A program made the position numbers and the translations under genes. Positions 37,055 through 47,267 of a stretch of DNA of 64,000 nucleotides are shown in pieces. Source of the DNA: a virus (Duplodnaviria > Heunggongvirae > Uroviricota > Caudoviricetes); IMG/VR virus record IMGVR_UViG_3300037312_000757; one strand, 5' to 3'. Below the pieces are notes generated by a model, which made no database searches, was not told the origin of the DNA, and was given only the letters and a program-made list of their open reading frames with translations. The number at the start of each line of letters is the position of its first letter. The first letter of the stretch is position 1.

Positions 37055-39232
37055 TTAGTCTTTACGACCGTTTGCTTGTTTCCATCCTCGATCAAGTATT
37101 TCGATCTGTGACGGATTTGTGACTTTGTTGCCCTTGCTATCAACCCAGCCATCAGCTTTTCGCTGTAGGACTCGATTCGTCTTTGGGATACGAAACGTAG
37201 CGTTCATTGGAACATCGTTCGTCTTGTCCGCTTGCTTAGGTTCCTGAGCATTTGCAGCTTGTGCTGGCTGAGCGGGTTTAGCTGGTTCGACCGGTTCGGC
37301 TGGCTTTGCCGGTTGTGCTGGCTGTGCGGTTCTGCTTGGCACAACACCTACCCAATCATCCGGCGCATCATCAGGTGCTGACTGTGTATCCTGGCGGGCA
37401 GGTTGCATCGGTTCGGGAGCACCGTTCTTCTGCTTCTCGTACTGATCGTTCAACCAGTCGATTGATTTCTGTGATGTAACTGGCTGTCCTTCAGCAGTCT
37501 TCCATTCGGAACCGTTGAACGTGTATGTACCACCATTCGCCTTGACCGTTGCATTGAATGGAATACTACCGTCATCTTCATCAGCTGCTGGCACTTCTTG
37601 AGGTTTGCTCATACCAGTAGCTTTCATGTACTCATCTTGCAAGTCTGTCAGCTTAGTAGCAAATCCGTTCTGTGCTGAGAACTGCTTACCATTACCACGT
37701 TCGACCCAGCCGCCACCGGCGAGTGGTTCGTAAACTCGAGTAATGACCTTTCCGCCATTACGTTCATCCTTCGTTGCGACCGTGAGTGTGCCTTGCTTCT
37801 CATCCCACTTCACATGTTCACCACGAACATTGATGAATCTGCCTTCTGAAGTTTCATCCGAGTCATTGGCTGCATCTTGACCCTTGCCAACATTGCTGAC
37901 ACCAGCTTGTTGCTTGCCGTGTTCTTGACCCTTCTCACCAGGGATTTCACCCTTGATGTTGAAGATCTTCTGGCAGTGCTTAATGAAGTTTTGATCCCAG
38001 TTGTTGGGATCTTCGTTCTTTAAGTCAGTCATGAAGTCGTAGAACATTTGTTTGTTCTTGTTACGGAACTCACGCAAATCCCACTTGCTCAAGCTGATGC
38101 CCAGGTAGTCACCAAGCTGTTTTGCCTTAGTCAGCAAGTCTTCCTCTTGTGGTGCTTGAGGGGCATTCTGGCCTGGTGTCGCTTGGTAGTTACCGTAGAA
38201 CTGACCACCTTGACGTAGATGGTCGGCATAGCCTTGTGCCGCATGACGGAACGCGCCTGAACGGATAGCATCTTGTGCAATCTTCACAAACAACTTACGA
38301 AGTGCCGCATCTTCTGCATCTTCGTTAATCTGGCTTTCAACCATCGTCAGTGTGTCACGAGTTGCTGCCTTTGTTGGTGTCTCTGACGGAATAGCCAGGA
38401 TAAAGCGATTCAACGCCTTAGGGTGGTTCTTGCCGTATAATTCAAGTGCTCGCACGCATGAACGGCGGAACAAGTCAGCTTCTTCTTCTGAACCAGCAGG
38501 AATACGTGATGCACCTGGGACCTTCGCTTTGAATTCTTCCCAAGTAACGAAGAATGCTTCACGCTTCATTTCTTCAGTTGTTTCAGCTGGTTTAGCATTA
38601 ACAACTTGGATGAGATCCTTCAGCTCTTCTTCCTTGTCCTCATCCGCAAACACGAAAGTACCATCTGGATTCTTTGTGAACGGAACGGCTGGGGAATCGT
38701 TGTAACCAGAAGCGTCGCGCTGACGGAGGAATTCCTTGTACTCAGCAGACTTCATGAAACGCTTGACGTTTGCTGTGTTTGGCTGGAACTCGTCTGGTGC
38801 TGGCTCATATGTACCAGAAGCACCTTCGCTATCACTACTTGAACTACCGGTTGAGCTTGTGCCGACCAGACTGTCGTATGAATTACCACCGTGCTGCGCT
38901 TGCGGCTGTTGTGGTTGACCACCCTGAGCTTCTGGCGCTGGACCGTTGTACTTGATCTTCAGCTCTTGGTTGACAAAGTCCATACCCAAGTTGACCTGGT
39001 GGATCAGAAAGTCAGCAACGTCGTTACGTGTGCCTTTCGCACCTACACGACCAGCCCACATTTTGAACTGGTTGTAAAGTTCTGTCGCAAGAGTGTGAGT
39101 GTCAAGTTGACCAGCGGCTTTCTTGTTGCCAAGAGCAGCCTTGGTTGTGAGACCAACTTCCTTTGCTTTGTTGACCAAAGCATCCCAGAAGCCTTCTGTG
39201 ATTTGTTGTTCGATGTTATCGTATTTCTTCAT
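37055..39232 (-). CDS. large putative internal virion protein
   Basis: ITEG/INE processing-like sites; Pro/Ala/Gln linkers; repeated small W-x3-G-x2-V domains. Confidence 0.7.
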   Translation of the reverse strand: MKKYDNIEQQITEGFWDALVNKAKEVGLTTKAALGNKKAAGQLDTHTLATELYNQFKMWAGRVGAKGTRNDVADFLIHQVNLGMDFVNQELKIKYNGPAPEAQGGQPQQPQAQHGGNSYDSLVGTSSTGSSSSDSEGASGTYEPAPDEFQPNTANVKRFMKSAEYKEFLRQRDASGYNDSPAVPFTKNPDGTFVFADEDKEEELKDLIQVVNAKPAETTEEMKREAFFVTWEEFKAKVPGASRIPAGSEEEADLFRRSCVRALELYGKNHPKALNRFILAIPSETPTKAATRDTLTMVESQINEDAEDAALRKLFVKIAQDAIRSGAFRHAAQGYADHLRQGGQFYGNYQATPGQNAPQAPQEEDLLTKAKQLGDYLGISLSKWDLREFRNKNKQMFYDFMTDLKNEDPNNWDQNFIKHCQKIFNIKGEIPGEKGQEHGKQQAGVSNVGKGQDAANDSDETSEGRFINVRGEHVKWDEKQGTLTVATKDERNGGKVITRVYEPLAGGGWVERGNGKQFSAQNGFATKLTDLQDEYMKATGMSKPQEVPAADEDDGSIPFNATVKANGGTYTFNGSEWKTAEGQPVTSQKSIDWLNDQYEKQKNGAPEPMQPARQDTQSAPDDAPDDWVGVVPSRTAQPAQPAKPAEPVEPAKPAQPAQAANAQEPKQADKTNDVPMNATFRIPKTNRVLQRKADGWVDSKGNKVTNPSQIEILDRGWKQANGRKD

Positions 39233-39480
39233 TTCTTGTCTTCTCGAAGTTGACGCATCTTACGTGCGAACTTTTCAACGTCATCATTTTTGATAGCGAG
39301 TAAAAGTCGTTTTGTGAGATCTTCGGAGACTTCCTCTGGAAAAGAATTTTCCAAAAGCTTGATTAAATGGCGTGCTGACGCGATAACTTGTTGAGCACGA
39401 CTTTCAATGAACAGCTCTTTGTTATTTGTAGGAGCGTAAGAACTCAGCTCTTCAATAATGCTGCGGAACTGCTTTTCCAT
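39229..39480 (-). CDS. conserved hypothetical protein
   Basis: SIIEEL...IESRA..VI.SA. Confidence 0.75.
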   Translation of the reverse strand: MEKQFRSIIEELSSYAPTNNKELFIESRAQQVIASARHLIKLLENSFPEEVSEDLTKRLLLAIKNDDVEKFARKMRQLREDKK

Positions 39481-39749
39481 TACATACCTCGTAAACGATT
39501 CAACAGGTTCTGCACCATATCGGCGGCACGATTCATGCCTGCTTCCACTCCTGCAGAATATTCACCAATGTCGGGATCTTGATAACTGCGAAGCTTGAAG
39601 ATGAGCTTTTCCATCTCTTGGACCAACTCTTCATCAAGCTGGGGTTGAGCCGGAGCCTCTGGCTCGAACACCACCGGTTGAGGAATAACCTCCGGTGGTG
39701 TCAGCAGACTCTCGGTCAACGCGATAAATTTACGGAAATCTTCATCCAT
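39480..39749 (-). CDS. hypothetical protein
   Basis: TAAATA upstream; LTES. Confidence 0.65.
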   Translation of the reverse strand: MDEDFRKFIALTESLLTPPEVIPQPVVFEPEAPAQPQLDEELVQEMEKLIFKLRSYQDPDIGEYSAGVEAGMNRAADMVQNLLNRLRGM

Positions 39750-39808
39750 TCTAAATGGCTTCTCACAATATGTATCTATTTATTTCGTAAGAAACCAAGT
39801 GATTCTGG

Positions 39809-41371
39809 TTAGATATCACGTTGCACACGCTTCAAGATATCCATCATATTCGTACGAACTGCTGATGGCTTTGGTGCTTCCTGAGCTGCGCTTTGTGTGG
39901 CCGTATTTGCCGCACCGCGTTTCTCATCCATCCAAGGTGGTGTGCCTGTTGATCGGTTAGGATTATCGATTTCCTGACCTGGTTTCGCCTTAACTGCCCA
40001 GTTAGTTCCAATAGATGGTTTCTTTTCTGTTTCAGCTTCGGCTTCTTCTTCCTTCATGCGATTCTTAATCTGCTTGCCGATGCTCTGAAGATCGCGAGTC
40101 TGCATCAGTTCTTCACCTTCGTCTACGTCGGTAATACGCAGAGATGCAGTATCAAACTTCATGCTGATACGCTGACCAACAGCTGATGACGAACGAGTCT
40201 TCAAGAATTGCAGTTGGTATTCACCACGCTCACGCATAGGCTGTGAAGTGAAAATACCAAACACATTGTCCGCCGTGTTGATCTTTGAAATACCACCAGC
40301 GATGTGGCTGTGGTCAAATTCATGGGCTTCAACAGACGCACGGTTCAACTGCGATGCGGTAGCATTCAATACGTGGTATTCACTCATGAGCGCACGCATT
40401 TCTTCAGCCACGTACTTGTCCTTAACAAACATGTCACTTGGGTTGATTTTGCTGTTGTTTGGATACATCAAATCCAAGTAGTCGATCACGATAGCGTCAG
40501 GCTTGCGACCAGTTTGGATTTCGTATTCCTTCAAGTAAGCACGAATCACGTTGGCAGAAGTACCAGCTTCTGGCATCTTCTTCACAGTCAAACCACCGCC
40601 TGATTGCTTACCACGCATACGCACTTTCAGATCAACATCGTCAAGCTTCTTGAACACGTCTTTTGTTGACACGCCAGCAACCATTGCATCCAAACGTGTG
40701 GAGACCAAATTCTCCGAAAGTTCCAGCGTGATATAGATCACGTGAAGACCCATGAAAACCCAGTTCAGTGCGATGTTCTGGAGGAACAGTGACTTACCAG
40801 AGCCTGAGCCACCAGCAAAGATGTTCAGTGCGCCCTTAGTGAAACCGCCATACAGCTTCGCATCAAGATCACGCCAACCTGTACTCATAACGTCACTACG
40901 GTCCAACACTTGCTGAATACGAGCTTTCGGATCAGCAAAGTAGTCAGTACCAAGGTCACGTTGCAGAGAGATGGTAATCGCATCACGGAGTCGCTGTTCA
41001 ACTTCTGAATAGTGACCAGTTGTGATCAGATCAGCACCGTCATAGATCACGTTCTCAATTGCACGGTGACGACAAAAGCCTTCAATTTCCCTCAAGAACC
41101 ATTCAGTGTGTTGTGACTGAATGTTGTCTACCTTAGTGACCTGAATTTGTGTTTCTGCCTTGACTTGTTCTGGTGTTGGCAAAGCATGATATTCGTCTGC
41201 AAACTTCAACACATAACGAATAGCAGGCTTCAGTCGATCATTCCAGTGAGTGATATCCAAAATGTTTTGGCAACGCGTAAACGCAATAGGATCACTCATC
41301 AAGAAGTTCAAGTAGTTTTCTTGTACTTCTAGTGGATAGCTTTTGATTTCTTCTTTTTCTTTTTTCGCCAT
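39809..41371 (-). CDS. replicative DnaB-like helicase (T4 gp41-like)
   Basis: GGSGSGKS, ITLELSE, IDYLDL, TASQLNR, KTR. Confidence 0.92.
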   Translation of the reverse strand: MAKKEKEEIKSYPLEVQENYLNFLMSDPIAFTRCQNILDITHWNDRLKPAIRYVLKFADEYHALPTPEQVKAETQIQVTKVDNIQSQHTEWFLREIEGFCRHRAIENVIYDGADLITTGHYSEVEQRLRDAITISLQRDLGTDYFADPKARIQQVLDRSDVMSTGWRDLDAKLYGGFTKGALNIFAGGSGSGKSLFLQNIALNWVFMGLHVIYITLELSENLVSTRLDAMVAGVSTKDVFKKLDDVDLKVRMRGKQSGGGLTVKKMPEAGTSANVIRAYLKEYEIQTGRKPDAIVIDYLDLMYPNNSKINPSDMFVKDKYVAEEMRALMSEYHVLNATASQLNRASVEAHEFDHSHIAGGISKINTADNVFGIFTSQPMRERGEYQLQFLKTRSSSAVGQRISMKFDTASLRITDVDEGEELMQTRDLQSIGKQIKNRMKEEEAEAETEKKPSIGTNWAVKAKPGQEIDNPNRSTGTPPWMDEKRGAANTATQSAAQEAPKPSAVRTNMMDILKRVQRDI

Positions 41372-41373
41372 TC

Positions 41374-42450
41374 TTAAAATCTTTTTCTAGCTAGGTTAAT
41401 TTTCAGCTTGTTATCCGTTGCAGCGTCAATGATAGAACGTACCGTGTACAGTCTTCCATATGTATTCACTGCATCGTTGGCATCTTTAACACCAGCGTCC
41501 CATTCTGGGAGACTCACCATCCAGTTGTGTTCCAACGCAAGATCGATGAGCTTTTGACCAGCCTTATCGCGGTCGGGAAGAACGATAATTTGTTTCCCTG
41601 ATTGATTCAACCAGAATGCCTGTTGTTCTGATAGTTTTGCACCCTGTGTGGCAACGCCTTGGATTGCCAGTGCATCAAATACGCCTTCGACCAAGATTAT
41701 AAACTTGCGAGGCTTGTCTATCATAGAATTGTTAAAGAGGTAATGCGCTGGTACGTCTGAGTAATATTTTGGCTTCCCTTTCTTGACTAGGTCTTCATCA
41801 ATAAGTCGCCCTGACCATCCAACGAGTTTTTCTTTCCAGTAAAACGGCAGGATAACGCGCCGATTCATGAGGTGTTCTGTGTCCGGAGTCCAGTAATAAT
41901 CACTGGCGTTCCAAACCTCATCTCCGCGTGAGATGGCATATTGGGCAACTTCGAGAAAATCCAAACTAGTTTCACCAGCTTGCGCCCATTCTGAAATTGT
42001 CTTGGCGTTTTTGGGCAGTTGAACTTCGTCAAACGCAGGAACAAACACCGGACTTTCTGGTGTGAATGTCGTCTCTGCATTCTGCATGAGTTTCCACGCA
42101 GTGAAATTCAGTTTTTTCACTTCAAGATCGTTGATACCTAGATGTGAAAGAAAGTCTCTAACGTTGCGATTCAATGGCAATCCCGGAGACCAACGGGTTG
42201 CCAATCGACAGTTGAAGCAGTTAATAGCCAGGCTGCCACCAGGAAAGAAACGAATACCACAACGGTACTTTGTATCTGGTCTTGGTTCGCCTCGTGAAAC
42301 ACACATCGGACAATTGATATTGATACCGCCTTGTACTCGTTTTACAACACCAGGCAAGTTGGACTTGATTGCGTCTACGATGAAGTCGGGATCTTGATTG
42401 ACGACGGTGCCACTGTTTGCGAGTGCTGCTCTCAGCTCTTGCAAAGCCAT
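41374..42450 (-). CDS. DNA primase (T4 gp61-like)
   Basis: Zn finger CPMC...CFNC; TOPRIM VEGVFDA, PDRDKAG, KDAND. Confidence 0.9.
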   Translation of the reverse strand: MALQELRAALANSGTVVNQDPDFIVDAIKSNLPGVVKRVQGGININCPMCVSRGEPRPDTKYRCGIRFFPGGSLAINCFNCRLATRWSPGLPLNRNVRDFLSHLGINDLEVKKLNFTAWKLMQNAETTFTPESPVFVPAFDEVQLPKNAKTISEWAQAGETSLDFLEVAQYAISRGDEVWNASDYYWTPDTEHLMNRRVILPFYWKEKLVGWSGRLIDEDLVKKGKPKYYSDVPAHYLFNNSMIDKPRKFIILVEGVFDALAIQGVATQGAKLSEQQAFWLNQSGKQIIVLPDRDKAGQKLIDLALEHNWMVSLPEWDAGVKDANDAVNTYGRLYTVRSIIDAATDNKLKINLARKRF

Positions 42451-42554
42451 TTTTACTCCGTGATTTTTATAGTTATAGAAGGCGATGGCCACCAATGTGG
42501 CCATCTTGTTGTTGATTGCCTATGCCAGCATTGTATGGTGGCACTAACTTGGCA

Positions 42555-43379
42555 TCAATTTTTAAGTAGAACTTGCGAAATGCTACCGTTGTTGTTCACT
42601 GGGGAAACGTACTGAATAAAACGAAGCCACATGTAACTTCCGACAAAAGAAAAATGCTTAATGCCAGTAAAGTTCGTAAAATTGAAGCTTGTGTCACCGG
42701 TATTTAAGGTAACATCAAACCATTGACTATCATCATTTGGTGGTGAATTCTCCAAGCTTGCTTGGACCCACAATGTACCAGTGAAGTTATTTGCGTAGAC
42801 AGCAATTGTCTGCAAACCTGAACGGTTATCTGATTGTGCGGCACCAGGATATTCCTGGGCTACCAAATATGAAGAGATGCTTGTGTCTGTCCCCCATGAT
42901 TGTGCAGTAAACGCATCAGGCGTCAGCACAACAGCCTTCTGTGGTTGGGGGAGGGGACCCTCTTGGAACTCAAAGTATCCCTGCACCACGCGTGATTTGT
43001 CGACGTACAGCATTGTTTCTTTGCCGTTGGCATCGGTTACTGAAATACTGTACCCGAAATACCCGGCAACCCACTCAGCAGTGTCTTGCTTCAACAGAGT
43101 AAGGCGGCAATGGCCACGAGTAGGGTTGACGATTGTCAAAACTGGGTTCGTAATGGACATCAGCTTTTGGGCCTGTTGGTCAACAATGTAAATAGTTACT
43201 GTCAGGTTTGTAAGGTTGACTGGCTTGTTGTCCCAATCTTTGATCAAAAACTCAACGTCATTATCGACATGCTTGAATGCATTAAAGTCGGTGCGGTTAA
43301 TAACCGTAGCCACCGAAACGGCATTAGGCTTTGAGACTTGAATGACTTGAGGAAATTGGTATAGGTTGACGTTTGCCAT
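42555..43379 (-). CDS. virion structural protein
   Basis: Beta-rich; TATAAATA upstream. Confidence 0.65.
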   Translation of the reverse strand: MANVNLYQFPQVIQVSKPNAVSVATVINRTDFNAFKHVDNDVEFLIKDWDNKPVNLTNLTVTIYIVDQQAQKLMSITNPVLTIVNPTRGHCRLTLLKQDTAEWVAGYFGYSISVTDANGKETMLYVDKSRVVQGYFEFQEGPLPQPQKAVVLTPDAFTAQSWGTDTSISSYLVAQEYPGAAQSDNRSGLQTIAVYANNFTGTLWVQASLENSPPNDDSQWFDVTLNTGDTSFNFTNFTGIKHFSFVGSYMWLRFIQYVSPVNNNGSISQVLLKN

Positions 43380-43482
43380 GTACAGATGTCCTTGTAGGTA
43401 GGAATATTTATAACCTGCGGCTTACAAGGATATTAAGATTCATGTGGCATAAATACCTGCAACACTTTGTAAATAACCGTTC

Positions 43483-43869
43483 ATGAACGAAAATATCTCA
43501 AAAATCCTAGAAGCATTTCCCTTTCTGAGCTACGGCCAGTTTGATGAGCGGGAGTACATCGGTATCATTCAAAACAGCGACAACAGCCTGTTGTCAATGT
43601 ATGTCTTGGACATGATCCCAGACGAATCACTTCGACTACAGTTCTTGAAGTATGGTGAGGAATGGTGGTGGGGCAGTAATCGCCAGATTCCTATCAACAT
43701 CTTCTTCAAGGAGCAGTTTCTGATTTTCCGTCCGTACTTGCGTCATTTCAGCAGAAAGGACTTCAACTTAGTATCAGGCCACGCAGTTAGCCTGCAAGAG
43801 ACGATATCACGACGCATTCGCAAGCGTCAGATCACGTTAGTTCGCAAATTGCCAGCAGATCAAAAATGA
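43483..43869 (+). CDS. conserved jumbo-phage hypothetical protein
   Basis: FPFLS...EYIGIIQN...GEEWWW.SNR.IPINIF; plus-strand TAAATA. Confidence 0.8.
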   Translation: MNENISKILEAFPFLSYGQFDEREYIGIIQNSDNSLLSMYVLDMIPDESLRLQFLKYGEEWWWGSNRQIPINIFFKEQFLIFRPYLRHFSRKDFNLVSGHAVSLQETISRRIRKRQITLVRKLPADQK

Positions 43870-43870
43870 A

Positions 43871-44113
43871 TTAGTAAGCCCAGGTGAGCTTAAACATCAG
43901 GGCTTCTAATTCATCATTAAATGCAAAGGCAATGCTGGTGGGGAGTTCTAGTCCCGACAAAACCTGCAAATTCCACTCAGTGCAGTTCGCACAACACCAA
44001 GAATAAATCACCGCAAGTTCTTTTAGAGTATTGACTCGTGTAAGTACCACTCTATGCTTCAACGACGCAAAGGGCGGAAGCTTGGGGAATGGTATCACAC
44101 ATAAATCGCTCAT
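43871..44113 (-). CDS. small 'FKLxW' family protein
   Basis: SWCCANC...FAFNDELEALMFKLTW. Confidence 0.75.
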   Translation of the reverse strand: MSDLCVIPFPKLPPFASLKHRVVLTRVNTLKELAVIYSWCCANCTEWNLQVLSGLELPTSIAFAFNDELEALMFKLTWAY

Positions 44114-44571
44114 GACCAGAGCAATTTGAATGCAACGGCAATAGTAGGATTGTCAAAGGAAAAGTGGATACTGACGTCATGAACAGAATGTGGTTCAATA
44201 GTCAGAGACCATTTACCACCATTCTCTTCACACATATCAGCGCACCATTCGGCCTGCTTTTGCACGACAGCGTTAAAGGTAGCGAATTCCATGCAAGCAT
44301 AAACTGGCAATGGCTTTCGTATATCGAGGCGAACAGATGCTTGAAGTTCAAGAGAGTCTTGAACGTAGTTGACGAAGCGACCAAGGTTTAGTCGCTTCTC
44401 GTGATCATAAAGGGGAAAAAGACGTAGCGTGTACAACACTTCGTTGCCACGCATGACTTCAGAACAAACCCACGGCTGACGATAGCCATCTGGAATGACA
44501 CAAATTTGTGTTGTCACGCTCTTTAATCTTTCGTCATTCGCTACCACTGCTTTCCAACGCCTGTTCGACAA
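44110..44571 (-). CDS. 'FKLxW' family protein
   Basis: EWCADMC...FSFDNPTIAVAFKLLW. Confidence 0.75.
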   Translation of the reverse strand: MSNRRWKAVVANDERLKSVTTQICVIPDGYRQPWVCSEVMRGNEVLYTLRLFPLYDHEKRLNLGRFVNYVQDSLELQASVRLDIRKPLPVYACMEFATFNAVVQKQAEWCADMCEENGGKWSLTIEPHSVHDVSIHFSFDNPTIAVAFKLLWS

Positions 44572-45121
44572 TGAGATTCATCTGAACGACTAATGTCACA
44601 GCATAAGCCACGGCATGGGCGCGCTTGAAATGGTACGCACCATCAGTTGGCGGCACCCAAATTTCCTGATCAATCTCGGTTCTACTTTTATTTAGTAGGT
44701 GACGTTTACCAGGACGAATCAATGCCAAACATACAGCCAAGTCCATAACACTTCGGGGCTTGATTGTATCAACAATGTCAAAGTGGCCACGAACGTGTGC
44801 CAGCATATCGACAAAATCTGGTGTGCAAAGCAGATCCCAAACAGGCTCGCGCGAGCGAAGCTCTTCGAGATGTTCACCATCACGCACACCACTGTAAATG
44901 GTGTTGTTCAAGAAGTCTAGCTTGATGTAACCAAGCTTTTCAGCTTCTTGATAAGGAATACTAGCCAGCTCAGTAAACGGATTGATGGGAATGTTCTGAA
45001 AATATACGCCACTGTTATGGCGTACAAATTCACCATTCTTTTCAATAGCAGCCGGAATATGAGCAAGCTGTGCCAATGCGAGATCCCGATTGGCAAAGTC
45101 CATGTCAATGTCCGTGCTCAT
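44534..45121 (-). CDS. miniature DNA polymerase III alpha (DnaE)-like protein
   Basis: DIDMDF, HNSGV, KLDFL, ALIRPG, FKRAHAVAYA in 195 aa. Confidence 0.85.
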   Translation of the reverse strand: MSTDIDMDFANRDLALAQLAHIPAAIEKNGEFVRHNSGVYFQNIPINPFTELASIPYQEAEKLGYIKLDFLNNTIYSGVRDGEHLEELRSREPVWDLLCTPDFVDMLAHVRGHFDIVDTIKPRSVMDLAVCLALIRPGKRHLLNKSRTEIDQEIWVPPTDGAYHFKRAHAVAYAVTLVVQMNLIVEQALESSGSE

Positions 45122-45600
45122 TACTTGTCCGTGTTGTCGACAACCACTGAGAAGGTTGGTTTTGGTTTATCTGGTTGTTCGTTTGTGCGAACAGCCATCA
45201 TGCTCATAGTGAACTCATAGCTGCAATCGAGATCACCAGTGCGGATGATCTTCACTGTATCAATGTGACCATATTCGCAACGTTCTTCCAAGCACAAAAC
45301 CAAACCCATGATCATGCGATGAAAACTCGCAACCGTTGGGTTTGTCATGTCTTCTTGTTCTTCTGGAGGAAGTGAATCCAGTGAACGGAAATTTGTAGCT
45401 AGGATCAGTTGCCAATGCAGAGGATCAAGATCACCCCACTTCGTGCAACCAGCAAACATGTCAACTTCATGGCTGAGATCAACCAACAGTGCATCTTCAC
45501 GATCCCACGCGTCAATCACTTCGGAGAAGTCTTCACTCTTGAAGAACAAGCATGAACGAATGTTTTTCGTGTAATCGGTAATATAGCAAGAAGTAGCCAT
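45121..45600 (-). CDS. hypothetical protein
   Basis: 159 aa, coupled. Confidence 0.65.
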   Translation of the reverse strand: MATSCYITDYTKNIRSCLFFKSEDFSEVIDAWDREDALLVDLSHEVDMFAGCTKWGDLDPLHWQLILATNFRSLDSLPPEEQEDMTNPTVASFHRMIMGLVLCLEERCEYGHIDTVKIIRTGDLDCSYEFTMSMMAVRTNEQPDKPKPTFSVVVDNTDK

Positions 45601-45920
45601 CAGAAAGGTTTGTCCAATTTGTTATCGAGTTGTGATTCGAGGTTGCTCACAGCTCTTATTAGTTGGTTCAATGATACTACCAATCTACGGTTTGCGTTAT
45701 TTGCATTTTTGAGCTGACGCTCAAGGATGGCAATACGGTGTTCCAATATTTTGGTGTATGCAACAGTTGGAACAGTTGCAGTGGCCTCGCCCACTTTGAT
45801 AGCTACCATTCCACCACCTGCGTTCTCTAGCGCAGTTTCAACTTCTTCCGGCTCTTCTACATCCAGTTCCGCATCTTCTTCAATTGATGCGTACATAGCC
45901 GCTCGTTGTTCAGGAGTCAT
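45600..45920 (-). CDS. coiled-coil hypothetical protein
   Basis: Heptads LEHRIAILERQL. Confidence 0.65.
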   Translation of the reverse strand: MTPEQRAAMYASIEEDAELDVEEPEEVETALENAGGGMVAIKVGEATATVPTVAYTKILEHRIAILERQLKNANNANRRLVVSLNQLIRAVSNLESQLDNKLDKPF

Positions 45921-46729
45921 TAAACACCTGCCTCCTTCAAAAGATCTTTGATGAACTTAAAGTCATCTTGTTGTTGCTCAAACTTGCGTGTCCAAAACCG
46001 CGGATCAACACTTTGTTCGATCATCTTCAGCTGTTCATCACTAAGACGCTCAAATAGCTGCTCAGATGTTGTTGCTGCGTACAGCACCCACGGACTTACA
46101 CGGCCCCCTTGGATCCACTTTGTGGCAAGCCCCGGGCTGATCTTCTTGAAGAAGTCGTTCCAGTCTTCACCAGTGTCCATTGACCATTGCTGCATCAGCA
46201 GCACATTGCGCTCAAATGCCGCATCAGCTGGCTCACGCTTGTTCAGTTCACGAATGTATTGTTCATAGACGAAAGGCTTTTCCCAATTCTTCATGGGGAC
46301 CTGCGCCTTGAGGAGGAATTCAACAAACGCTTCTGGGTTTATCGCATTGATGTCAAGTATGTACCGACCAAACTTTACGAATGCAGTGTAGTGACTGCTT
46401 TTCATGAAATCGTCATATGTACGCGGCTTGGCATTTCGATAGTTCATGTCATAAAACTTCTTGAAGATCATGAACGCGACCTTGACATACTTCTCGTCTC
46501 GGTTTAGCCATCTTTGTTTGTTTACGCAAAGATGGACAGTAAAAGAACTTTCTCGTGAGAAAGTCTTTTTGCAGAACTCACATTCAAGCTTTGGCTTTTC
46601 GCTTGCTGGTTCCACTTGCTCTTTCTTTTTTCGGGGCGCTCGTGCCGTTTTCGGCGTCGTACTGCTTGAGGAGTTCTTTGAGTTCTTCGTCGCTTGCGCC
46701 GGTTGATTTAACAAACTGCTCGAATCCAT
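45920..46729 (-). CDS. conserved protein with C2H-C Zn finger (start uncertain)
   Basis: CEFCKKTF...HLC; G.VSPW. Confidence 0.75.
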   Translation of the reverse strand: MDSSSLLNQPAQATKNSKNSSSSTTPKTARAPRKKKEQVEPASEKPKLECEFCKKTFSRESSFTVHLCVNKQRWLNRDEKYVKVAFMIFKKFYDMNYRNAKPRTYDDFMKSSHYTAFVKFGRYILDINAINPEAFVEFLLKAQVPMKNWEKPFVYEQYIRELNKREPADAAFERNVLLMQQWSMDTGEDWNDFFKKISPGLATKWIQGGRVSPWVLYAATTSEQLFERLSDEQLKMIEQSVDPRFWTRKFEQQQDDFKFIKDLLKEAGV

Positions 46730-47129
46730 CTCTGTTCATTCCTGACATAATAATTCCAAGTTCCATATCGTTGGCACTTGGATACCATCGCAGCATAAAC
46801 TCTGCGATCTTGCCGATCTTCTTGCGCTTGGCCATTGGAATCCATGAGTGGCGCATTTTTACACCACTACCTGCTAATGCCATTAGCTTCCATTGTAACT
46901 CTGGGTGATCTCGCAAGGACCAAAAATCGACGTTGACAATACCATTCACCATCATTATATAGTAATCTTTATACGGTGAACTATCGGGAACAGCACTCAT
47001 CCAACGCATTGCCACAAGTGGCGAAAATTGTTTCTGCAGCTCTGGCTCAAGTTTGGCATAGAAGTCCATGTTCTTGAGGTCTGCATTTGCCATCTCGTCG
47101 AAGATGTCTAGCTTTGGTGTTTCGCTCAT
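46584..47129 (-). CDS. conserved replication-region protein (possibly clamp-loader small subunit-like)
   Basis: FSPLVAMRWMS...HPELQWKL. Confidence 0.6.
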   Translation of the reverse strand: MSETPKLDIFDEMANADLKNMDFYAKLEPELQKQFSPLVAMRWMSAVPDSSPYKDYYIMMVNGIVNVDFWSLRDHPELQWKLMALAGSGVKMRHSWIPMAKRKKIGKIAEFMLRWYPSANDMELGIIMSGMNRDGFEQFVKSTGASDEELKELLKQYDAENGTSAPKKERASGTSKRKAKA

Positions 47130-47164
47130 TATCTTTGTATCTTTTGAGATCTATGATAAATATT

Positions 47165-47267
47165 TTTGTAGGGGAAAACAAATCCCCAAATGATTTTTAC
47201 CTGAGTCTCCCCAAACGCACAGGTCAGTGAGCCCGATGAGGAATTGTTTCTCATCGGGCTTTCTTTT
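47165..47267 (+). ncRNA. candidate late small RNA
   Basis: Plus-strand TAAATA 47157-62, two hairpins, terminator with T-tail; no plus ORF. Confidence 0.35.
47230..47267. terminator. intrinsic terminator hairpin
   Basis: AGCCCGATGAG/CTCATCGGGCT with TTCTTTT on plus strand. Confidence 0.7.

Noticed and set aside
46618-46640. A_AAA_AAG -1 frameshift fusing 46584..47129 to 45920..46729
   Set aside because: The slippery heptamer is in the downstream gene's frame; fusion would need +1, and no stimulator is evident
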